A stretch of DNA of 64,000 nt. Source: Balanoglossus misakiensis. Taxonomy: Eukaryota > Animalia > Hemichordata. A program made the translations under genes and the position numbers. Of the stretch, positions 27,700 to 38,772 are shown one piece after another. The notes beneath the pieces were generated by a model that saw only the letters and a program-made list of their open reading frames with translations, was not told where the DNA came from and made no database searches. Positions within the stretch are counted from its first letter, which is position 1. Each line of letters begins with the position of its first letter. The DNA lies in NCBI GenBank assembly GCA_040954595.2, contig CM082578.2:8355519-8419518 (forward strand), read 5' to 3'.

Positions 27700-28207
27700 T
27701 GAGGCAGGCCTCACAGATCAGTATGACAGCCCACACTGGGGGTGTGCAGTCGTCGTAGAACGGCACAATAATGTAGACAGCAAATGTCTGGGCGATGATG
27801 GCGATGCTTCCTGGCGCAACAATCAGAAAGTTGATCCACAGCATCAGGAAAGCCAGGAAAGGTCCAAAGGCCTCGCTCAAATAGGTGTACTCGCCTCCCG
27901 ACTTGGGGATGGCGCAGCCTAACTCGGCATAACACAGTCCGCCGAGAAAAGCGACCAGACCACAGACCGCCCAGACTATGAGGGCCAAGCCGACGGAGCC
28001 GCTGTATTCCAAAACCCCCTTCGGTGATATGAAAATACCCGAGCCAATGATGGACCCGATAATGACCGCGGTTGCCGATACCAAGGTGATGTGCTTCCCA
28101 AGGACGATGCCACTACGACTGTCCGATACCACGGAGGACTTTTCATCTTCCTCCGGGGACTCGATGTGATTCCTCTCTCGCAACTCTGTCGCACCGTGGT
28201 TCTCCAT
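27700..28207 (-). CDS. SLC7 gene B variable coding exon 1, copy V3 (predicted isoform about 496 aa)
   Basis: [58 protein letters not shown]; 508 nt; donor A|GTAAGT, phase 1. Confidence 0.88.
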
Positions 28208-28407
28208 CTCATCACTGATTGAGATTCAACGGACACAGTTCTACTTCGACGCGACGAACTCCAACCCAAAACGCCAACCGGCAACAGATTGAAGGAAAAC
28301 TCACAGACTTTGAAACATGTCACACCACGCGCTTTTGATGCCTGCAAAGAACAGAGCTCGGGCGCTCGTGTTGCCCACATTTCATTGGACACAGCGTCAT
28401 GATTTAA

Positions 28408-28423
28408 ATTTGCATATGCAAAT
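28408..28423. promoter_or_regulatory. Palindromic double octamer (POU-type) motif upstream of V3
   Basis: ATTTGCATATGCAAAT, two back-to-back ATGCAAAT octamers about 200 bp 5' of the V3 ATG. Confidence 0.35.
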
Positions 28424-31400
28424 CGCACAACGGGAGCAGGCGAAATGTGATGTTTCCAGGATCATATTTGTAGAGACACCAGCAAAAGGGAAGAAATACA
28501 TGAACAACACTTAACAGTTAGGCGAATTTGCAAATCGCGTACGGTATCTAGGTACGAATTCATTTTGATATTGATGTGTGAAATTCAAAAGTCAGTAGCC
28601 GTGAATGCTGCAAAGAATTTGGGAACTGCGACGACAGGATAGGATGAATCTGATTTATGTCGGACGCCATGACATTTGAACTGAGACGTCGAATAATATA
28701 AAGAATGACTGCCATAACACCTGTTGATTCAGTCCTATTTCAGATCCACACTGACATTTATAATTATTTACCATCATGTATGTAAACACTCGTCTTCAAG
28801 GACGAAACAGCCTGAGGGCAGATCTAAATGTAGGTCATAGAATCTCTAGATTTTGCAAATTCCGGCTCGAGGTACAAATCCGAAATAATCGAAATATTCG
28901 AACAAGCATGTTCGAATGTCAAGGAGAGATTCCAAAAACAAGCGTTGTCCGGTTTATATTGTCACTGAGTGAGAACTGAAGCACCGTCATGAAAATCATC
29001 ACATGACGTCACGGCCTGTTTGCCGGGCTAAATGTAGTAAGCCCAGCTACCGCGTCACAGTCACATGATTTAGAAGTAAATACGAAAGACATGTCCCGTA
29101 AGTTGAAGGCCAAATTGCATGATTATGCTTTTAAACCTTTCAAACAAACTTGCTGACGCACTATACAACCGAACTTAAAAGAGCCAACCTATACAATATG
29201 TGGAAACAACCAATGGCGATGATTTTGACCGAATCTAGAGTGAATACAATGATATAGTTTGCTGACGTATTTGATCAATTCGATTATTGAGACATGGTCA
29301 ATATAAAGTAAACAGTTTGTGATGTCTGTTCTGTTGTCTACGATTTTTTCTAGCTTTGTCGTCGGATAGGACCAATAACTGATTTCTCACAGGTTTTACG
29401 GTAAAAACGGGTGCTCTCATTAACTTTGCTCCAGTTCCTTATCAACATGTACTGCGAACTTGGGAGCATTCCTGGTGTGTCATCAATTCAATAATTTACG
29501 GGGTGTTTTTGTCTGTTACTGATTATCTGAATGTAGACACAAATGAAATCGCGACCTCCTATACCAACAGTCTCAGTAATTACTGTACACACGAACAAAA
29601 AACGAGCTCTCCATAAACGCGTGATTGAAAATGGTTGGCAAACCATCGGCTTTACGTTGGCTTCCCAAACATTATCTTGCGCAATGGAGGAATAGAATCG
29701 TTTTTTAGAAAATGGGATGTTTTTGTTTTAAAATCCAACCAAGGTAACTACCAACAAACTTACAAAACAACACGTGTTATGGTCCTAAGCCCCACCCACC
29801 ACGAGTGTATACGTTCAAATATGACCGGTCAATTGTTTCGCCATCCTATCCCTCGCAATTACTAGGAGTTCGTGACCGTATAATCACAACGGACAATGCC
29901 ATGAATATGGTTCATAAATGTAAATTAATGAGATGATCGACATTAATCGTGAGATACTTGTGCAGTTTCCATGCGCATTTAGTTTCGATCGGTTACTATA
30001 AGTGAGGTACCTTGCCCAGATCCGCATCTTCAAAATAAAATGATATACACTTGGAATATATATAATAGATCTGTATTCAGTACTAGAAAGTGAACCAGAA
30101 CTTGAATAATTATGTGTTTATTTGCCGACATAAAAGACTACAATCTCTTCATCATGTTATGATGAAAAATTTAGATGGTGCTCGACTTCGCTTTAATGGG
30201 CGTTACCAACCCCAAATCTTATAGGGCATAGTTGTTCCCTTTAACATTATTTTAGTTAGTTATTTTAATGTCTTTTGATTGGTTAGAAGCTGCATTGTTT
30301 CCTGAAACGTGCATAATTACTGATTGTCACATATCAACTTAGCCCGTTTGGAACCAGAATGGTGATGGTCGGATCATCGCTAAGAAATAATAACATATTT
30401 CCGACCATGGTCCGATAGGTCCGATGCATGTAGGCTTTGTATTTCAAGTATTGCGCGAAAAGAAATGTTCATAGCAACCTTGTTATGTGACGATAGCGCT
30501 CTAACGCATGTCATGTCCAGTACTTGTCTGTCATTGGTCGATATCATCTACATGGGCTTGACTCATTTGGTAATAGGTTTTTAGTTATGGATTTTACCCC
30601 AGATAACATGACGATTCGATAAATTATTGTCCACATGCGTTAAAATGGAATTGATTCGCGCGTTGTATTTTTTTTCTTTGTTCCATACGGCATCATATGA
30701 ACGCATCATATTCAAGAGATCAGAAAAATGTACTATTCGTCACAAGCATTGGGGTCAAAGGTCACGCACCTGCCGACTGAAGCGGGCAAATACCATCATT
30801 CACGTGCATCGTTTGCGTTACTCCCATTGTAAACAAAGGGATATCTCTATGATAAAACCAGACATTTGGTTTGTCAGGGCCAGTACGAAGGTGGTTTGAG
30901 GGGAAGGTCGCGACCCCCGGTGTATACCCTGTTTATATTTGAGTGATATCTTTTAATTAACGCCATCATGCATTATTCGCCACCATTTCCTATTACAAAT
31001 AGTACCATGAGCGAGTGCCCATATTTCGCGACACTTTAAAGACTTGATTGTTGTTTATAAATTTAAAATAATGTTTAAAATTTAACGTGTCAAACGAAGG
31101 GTGTATTATTGTCAATTCAACATTGTGTGTGTACAGCATCGCGTTCGGGTGATCTAGAGGGTGCTCGTTGTTTGTGTCACGCCCATACAATGGGCAATTC
31201 TCCAACTCCACTGCCATGCCATTTGGCATGGATTTTAAACATCACTCAGGATGTTCCACTGAGCTGATCATTGATATAGACTGGGATAACTGAATATTTT
31301 TTGTTAATCAATATACGAATAAATTCCTCATTTGCCAGCGATACATGCAGTTGTAAATAAACGCACAATGAAAAGGGGACCCACACCAGGTACCGTACAG

Positions 31401-32272
31401 TAGAGCACCTGGCATGCATGCAGGCGGTCGGTCTGCTAGCCACGCCTTTCCTCCGCACGTTTGTCATAATCTGCCGGAATTTTCTCACCACACGTGTTAG
31501 AATTTTAATGCAATCGTATAGAAAGGCCTCGAATGACACGATTGTATGCATTGACACCAGAGTCTGGTAGAAATAGATGCTAACATGCGTTGGGGTTGCG
31601 TTTGTAGACAGTCGATATACGCGATGACCGTGCGGTACAACACATGTCATTTAAAGTAGCCCATCAAGGTTACAGAATGTCGAATGTGGAATTTGTGTAA
31701 AAACGGATGATGATAACCGGAGTCTGTTACATGTTTGAGCGTGTTCCGGTGCAATACCGCCCTCTCCGCTCAAATCACCAACTCATTTCGTCTCATTTGT
31801 TCAAGGAGCCGACGAACACGAACTAACAAGAACTAGGTTATATGTAACGGTCACAATTTTAACAAACATCGGACATTACCATGGTTATTGTAATTTTTAC
31901 AGCGGAAGGCAGTAAAACACAAGTCATGATCAAAGTGGAACAGAAAGTCAATCTTTGTCCGCGTTTACACTGAAACATAACCCTGATCTCTGGGTCTGTC
32001 TGCTTTTCAGTTGAATGTTGGTTACTATGCCAACCGCCAAAATAGTGAAAGTAAGATTCTAATGTGCGGGGGGGGGGGGGTCATCACCCCAGCGTATCGC
32101 CTCCCTTCAACGCTTCCAATGTTATGAAACGTAAAAACACGTCTTTCTTTCTCCTAAAGTCACATAACATTTAAAATGGGCAACTAGAAAGCGTGCAATT
32201 GTTTATGATTTTGACATACTATCATGGTAAAACAAATGGCGAGTGTTCTCGCGTATTGTGTATCATACTTAC

Positions 32273-32780
32273 TAGTACATGCCACGCAAATCATTGTGAC
32301 CGCCCAGACGGGAGGGTCACAGCCCCCGTAGAACGGCACCACGACGTAGACGGCGAAAGTTTGCGTTATGATGGCCACGCTTGCCGGTGCGACGATGAGA
32401 AAGTTGATCCACAACATCAGGAAGGCCAGGAAAGAGCCAAAGGCTTCGTTCAAATAGGTGTACTCGCCTCCCGACTTGGGGATGGCACAGCCCAACTCGG
32501 CGTAGCACAGCCCGCCGAGAAAAGCGGCTAGGCCGCTAAGCGCCCAGACTATCAGAGACATGCCGACCGAACCGCTGTAGTCCAGAACCTCCTTCGGGGA
32601 GATGAAGATTCCCGATCCAATAATCGAGCCGATAATAATAGCGCAGGCCGCCGTTAAAGATATGGATTTCTTCATGATGATGGCTCCAGTCATGTCGTCT
32701 GACTTCTCAGACGCCATTGCGTCTCGCGGCTCCATGCCACTACTCCTTCGTCGCACTTCCTTCACCTCGACTGATTCCAT
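32273..32780 (-). CDS. SLC7 gene B variable coding exon 1, copy V4 (predicted isoform about 496 aa)
   Basis: [58 protein letters not shown]; 508 nt; donor A|GTAAGT, phase 1. Confidence 0.88.
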
Positions 32781-34301
32781 CTCTCCGATGTCGACGAAGA
32801 CACGCCAGAAATTGAACTAGGAAACGCTCTTGCTTTGACAAATGCCAGCAAGTTACAAAACGCGGTAAAAAATCCCAGAAAGTTTCCGAAGTTCTGAAAC
32901 TCACGGCCAATGAAAACAAATTCACTCGATGCTCACAGCAGTGTGCTTCTTAGAGTTCAGGTGCACGCCTATCAAACTTTGAACTTTTATCTCACGGTTA
33001 CGAAACGTGTAGTTACATTATGATTACCGGTACATTTATACACACCAAGCAGGTTTGGCCATGTCCACGGCCACTCCTAATAAAAGACGTCCGCGCAACA
33101 AAGCAAATACTCGTGTGATCCGCTGCGCGCTTTTAATATCTTCTATCGACATCGATAGGTCACACGCACTGTCTGGAGTTATCTTTAAGTTTTCTTCGAT
33201 TAGATTCGTTTGAATACTTAATTACAATAACAATATACTACAACAGCCAGAAGACTGAAATATCTTTCTTTAAATCCGTCCCCCCTAAAATGACCCCCGA
33301 AGAAAAAGTATTGGTCTGTGACAAAACTGTATTGTCTATAAAGCAAAGTAGCATGTGGGTGAAAGGTCAATCAGCAATTTCCATGATCATGATTATGATT
33401 ATGACAAGGCCTATATACGTGAGATTTCAATCAATACACGCCCATAACGGAGATGGCAAGCGAGACTTCAACCACGTAATCTGTAATGTCCCTGGAGTTT
33501 GATAACTGCAGCGACGATGTAATACACAAAATTATATACACTTTTGGCGTGTAAAAGTGGGTTGTGATGTAGGCCTATAACAGAGTAAAAACAAAGAAAT
33601 CACTTCAGACGATATTTTACTTCGATAAACCACATATCAGTCATATCTAACCACCACAACAACAAAATGTATTACAAGCCTCGGGTACACTGTTCCGAAA
33701 ACAAGCCAGTTGCTGAGTTTGCCGACCAAACACAAGACTCCATACTCGGAATAGATACGCGCGCGTGTGTGTGCAAAGCTCGTTCGTCATACGAGGGCAC
33801 TTTCCATAACCCAGCTGGTATGAGTAGGAAGGGAAGTTGCGCTATCACCTCAACCAGACCCTACCACTTCCAGCGCCCACTGCAAGAAAATTCCCTCAAG
33901 TTTCACCACTTTGTTGCACATATATTAATGGGGAAGGTATAGTTCAAAGCCAATCTGGTGTGCAAAACTGATACTGTCCGAAATTTACGAAATACGCCTT
34001 AATAGCCAGTTTTTGAAAATTGCTCCAAACTTCACTATTATAGTATTTTCGCTATTATTGTGCGCATTATAATGAGGATCTGATGTTGAAAATTAAAAGC
34101 TAACGTAGAATTAGACATGCAGGCTTTCACTTGATGCCAGCTGACCATGGGTCTGACCCAATCTGATTGAAATCACACTCGACTTCAACAACACATCTGA
34201 GATTTCTTTACATATTTATTTTTTATTCCTTGTTAATGATACAATAATTTTTGTGAACACGCAGGTTGTAGGAAAGGTCGCAATCTCATGATGAACCCTG
34301 C

Positions 34302-37049
34302 CTAGTTGGCCCATACTCGTACATAGTTGACCTGCATGGCGGCATCGTCGCCGTTCCACGTTGGATACCAGTCGTCACGAGCCTCCCAGAAGTCAAGAGA
34401 CGCCGTCGGTGATTGGTTGCTCCATGGTTTAGGGTAAGGTGCGTTTATGAAGTCGTCACTGAAGTAGTTGGTGCCGCCAACGGCCACGTTCATTATGATG
34501 TAGAACTAGAACAGATAAAGTAGATCTTTTTTTACTAAACGAAAACATTAATAACAAATTCACTGTAGTTGAAATAAAATGTGTTCTCACCACGAAAGAT
34601 GGGCTCCAAGAAAAAGAACCTAGTTCATAAATTATTAAAACATACAGTTATTTCCTCAAAGTCGCATCTATCATACTATACATTGATACAATTATTTGAT
34701 GCGTCTGAATTATCAGAAAACTCAAGAATCAGGGATCAATGTTTAGTCTATTTACCTCTTGATCAAAGGGTGCAAGTTTTGTCGCTCCTTCCCATGGATT
34801 GTCAGCGTAGGGGGCGTCGTTGTGAAAGTTGCCGTATTCCCAGAATCCATTCATTCCCGGATCGACGTGAAGTATTTCTTCGCCATCCAATAAAAATCTG
34901 TCAACACACAATAATAATTTAAGGTCATCTGAGATACGTGATTTTAATCTGAGAGGCATTCGACCCAATCTAAGAGTTTATTTCACAAACACTTAAGTCT
35001 ACACTGTAAAAATTCACAGACAGTTTCTACTGTCTATACAAAGATATCATGATGGAATTGATGTGTTTCTGTCATTTCTTCATGTCTATTTCATAAACTG
35101 AAAAAGGTTCAATTTCAACAGAGCGGCTAAGCTTACTTGATAGAGTCCTCAGTCCAGGTCAGGCCATATTTGTGGAATCCTGAACCAAATGTTCCGTTAT
35201 TGGCATATCTACAACAAAACAAAGAAAAACATCACAATAAACAGCTATAGATCAAGTCAAGTACACATCGCTCCCGGATATTAAATTGGGGAGCGAAGAG
35301 AGAAGGATCATTCTTAAAATTCAAACACTGATGCGGGGCCTAAGCACCCTGGTGACTAGCCCAATATGTATAGTGTAATTGTCACGTCTAAAACGTGTTT
35401 TAAACACACACTACCCGAAATTCAGTGGAGTTACTCGTGTTTACCTGGTTGCGTGTGTCTTGTACCACCCGTTAAACGGCCAATAAGGACCCCAGTGCAT
35501 TGTGGATCCCATTTGGTCAATACCTACGGAATTTCCGTAGCTGTCGTGCAGCTGTCTGTTGCCTGCAATTGCGCAAATAAGAAAAAAAACAATTATCATA
35601 CGATCCCTTTGATTGTACAAGTTAGGTGCAATTTTGACAGATTACATACTTGTATGTAAGCAAGCACTCATTCCTTTAAAGCATCAATAGCCCAATAGTC
35701 CATTTGGTATCTTACCTCTTGCTTCAACGATGTCAATTTCACCGGATGCCGGCCAACCACCGTAAGCGTTATATTTTGGTAGCAACCAAATGGCTGTGGA
35801 ATATATGAAACGGTTCTTTGTCACTCACATACATATGCACGTACATATATCAATTAGTTTTTCTGTCTTGCTGTAAATGTCGCTACTTGGCAATACTTTA
35901 TCAACAAAGAAGATGAAACGTCGACAGATTGCATTCGGGGTACCTTTGAGATATCCAGGTACTAATAGTACAAATTTCGAAAAGAACAGACTATTACCTG
36001 GCCATATCCAGTCGCCGGTTGGCATTTTAGCTTCGATCTCCACTGTACCGTATTTGAAACTAAAGGTGTTGACAGTACGTAGCCTAGCGGATTGGATGGG
36101 ATTCAGAATGTTAGTTCTGGATCCTGACCTTTCGCAACCCCAGTCCTTGTTGCCAGTGCACAGATCGGCAGGAGAACTACCTGTAAATAAATCAGAACGA
36201 TGTGAAAGAGTTAGTATTTTTTGTCAAAGTCTTACCATACACCTGGTATTTTCGCTTCATTCAAATACGTGCAAACAGTTACCGTAAGCAATTTTGAAAT
36301 GAAGTTTACTTCAGTCTTACCCCATAAATCCAGTCTGCCAGATGTTAGGAAACTTTCCCCGAAGTCTTCGGCTGTTAGAGTCTACGGTCATCGAAGGAAA
36401 GAAGACAACGTAAATTAAGAGTAAAAGCACCCTGTCAGTTCCTTAAACATGTATGTAAATGCGACTTATTTTGAAGTGTAAAATGTGTTGTACAACGCCA
36501 CTCATATTTGTACTTCGGTGATAGTATATAATTATCTTACTGGTTTGATGTAAAGAACGCCGTCCTTGACGAAGCTGTTACTTCGGTTGTTATGGTAATA
36601 TTGAAATTCCCAGTTCTAGAAAAAGAAGTCATGGTACACTTATCATATATTGGAATAACCGTGACTAAAAACATATACTTAAACATTTCCAGCTTTGCAC
36701 GTTGTGGTAATGTCACTTCTTTAGTCTTTTTTTCCAACATTGTCTCTGTAACACTACAACTTTCGATGGCCTAGAGTCTAGCAACATTATTACAACGATC
36801 AACGTAAAAGACAAGACGATCTCAATTTACGGAGAATGCATAAATTGCCTTTGTTGTATTATTGTGTGTATTTTATAACACGAAACACAGAACGTCACTC
36901 ACCCCACCGCCGCCCGCAGTGATTTCATGCTCCCATTTGGAGAAATCGAACACATCAAAAGTGTCTTCGAAGATCAACGTACCAGTTGCCGCATGAACAT
37001 GGCTGGAAACAGCGGCAAAGAAAACCAACGCCGATGCTAGAGTTATCAT
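34302..37049 (-). CDS. Secreted GH16 beta-1,3-glucanase / beta-glucan-binding protein (LGBP-like), 9 exons, about 359 aa
   Basis: Exons 37049-36903, 36615-36541, 36381-36321, 36180-35998, 35793-35716, 35562-35445, 35208-35137, 34897-34756, 34505-34302 total 1080 nt. Signal peptide MITLASALVFFAAVSSHVHA; motifs WEHEITAGGGGNWEFQYY, NPIQSARLRT, MPTGDWIWPAIWLLP, catalytic WPASGEIDIVE, APFDQEFYIIMNVAVGGTN, MQVNYVRVW. Confidence 0.95.
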
Positions 37050-37110
37050 GGTGACTGCAGTCTTCGCACTCGGGCAAAATACGTAGACTAAATAGACAAC
37101 AAGAAAACAC

Positions 37111-37120
37111 CCTTATATAA
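37111..37120 (-). promoter_or_regulatory. Putative TATA box of the GH16 gene
   Basis: Minus strand TTATATAAGG about 65 bp upstream of the ATG at 37049. Confidence 0.5.
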
Positions 37121-38772
37121 AGGAAAAGACACCCCTCCAATTAGACCTTTTAGAGTATAATCTATGCATTATTGAAGATGTATCTGATTAGACAAGAGTG
37201 TAATCGCGCTGTATTAATATTTTCATTTTAAATATTATGTATGTATTTTCTTAGGGGTTGACTTTTTGATACACGAGAGGGGCCATAATTATCATAATTC
37301 TTTTGGTCATTTAGATTTGAGTAGAAATTATGAAATAATCTCAGCTCTTCGTTTTATTGAATGTGCATTATTTGGGGTGTTATCCCAGAGGCAAGGAAAC
37401 CCCCAACAGACTTTTTGAAATTGCTGCAAGTTTTAATTCGCCCAATAGGTGCTGAAATTTACCAAGGTTCCAACGATTTTTGTCTTTTGAGATTGTTTAG
37501 CTTTATTGGAATGTAATCAAAGATCAGTGATATTGCTCATGTCTACAAATTGAGATCTGCTTGATTCTGTTGGATTGTTTGAGTGAGGCATTGATTTTAC
37601 AAGGCATATGCAGTCTCGCAATACTTTTGGTTCAAGGGAACATTTTGGAAACGCTGTCGCCACAATGGTCGAAAAATGTGCCCAGTAATACCCACATCCT
37701 CCACCCCTCGAAAATATCAACTTGGTAAACCCTAGCTATTTGTGTTGCCATTTGAGAACGCTTCAGGGACAAACTGTGGAAGTGAGATATGAGGATAAGA
37801 CGGATTAGGAATGTGTAAATTTACATTTTGTCTGTAATTAGCTCAGTATGGAGTGTTACAGGTGCGCTTATTCTCAGCTACTCCAGGGCGCACAAAAATG
37901 ACCCCCAAACATTCATGAAAGTCTGCTGTAAGGTTATTCTTGTGATCTCTTCATCATAACATGATCAAGCAAACCGCGTTTTATTGGTGTGCATTACCAA
38001 TTGAAAACGTAACTATGGACAGCGTATAGCTAGACGATCCATGCATATATTGACATCACGAGGGATTATACATATCATAAGGATATGTTGTCAATTGAGA
38101 ATTTGCCACCTGTCAGCGTGCAAGATTTTATTTAACATCCCGATATCGCGACACTGTTAAGGTTGACCCTATATGGAGGACTTCGCATCATCAATATCAC
38201 TGAGTGCATTTCAATCAAATGCTTCGAGCCAATCGGCGAAAGGGGGAAATGTAGTCCCAGGCCTATATCTTTGATATAGCCTAAATGTATTTACAAGGGC
38301 CAAAACATACCGAAGGCTATGCGTAAGGCGGGCTGCGCCCAACTCTTCAGGGCTTTTCACAACTGTATACACACCGTGATAGGCTTTAGAATGGGCCTGG
38401 CCCTATACATAGGCCTAGACATCACAAGAAAAAACCCGCCCTAGGCGCATATGAAATGCTGATTTGCTGTTACGACCATGTTATTGTATGGCATAGGCAG
38501 TAGACGCATAGACGGTGGAAAGAGATTTTTCTACTGTCTATGGTGTAGATGTTGCGATGGACTTTTATGTTTCCACTGCACTGCACTGCCCCTGATGGTT
38601 CGTTCTCGCCTGCTCGTCTACCCGTCATACACTTCGCCTGCCGGTGTACGTATGATATGCGTCTGCGCAATGACGTGGATGACATCATTCAAATAGACGA
38701 CGCAAGTTGACGAAACAGACGGTACACCGGACATATTTTATACGAATTTCATCGAAACAACAACATTTTGGC

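Noticed and set aside
23917-32780. Reading the four SLC7 ORFs as four separate truncated genes or pseudogenes
   Set aside because: All four have intact frames and stop resembling SLC7 exactly at a conserved phase-1 donor matching gene A intron 1. The ORF tails beyond the donors are intron read-through. Pseudo-exon status still needs RNA evidence to exclude fully.
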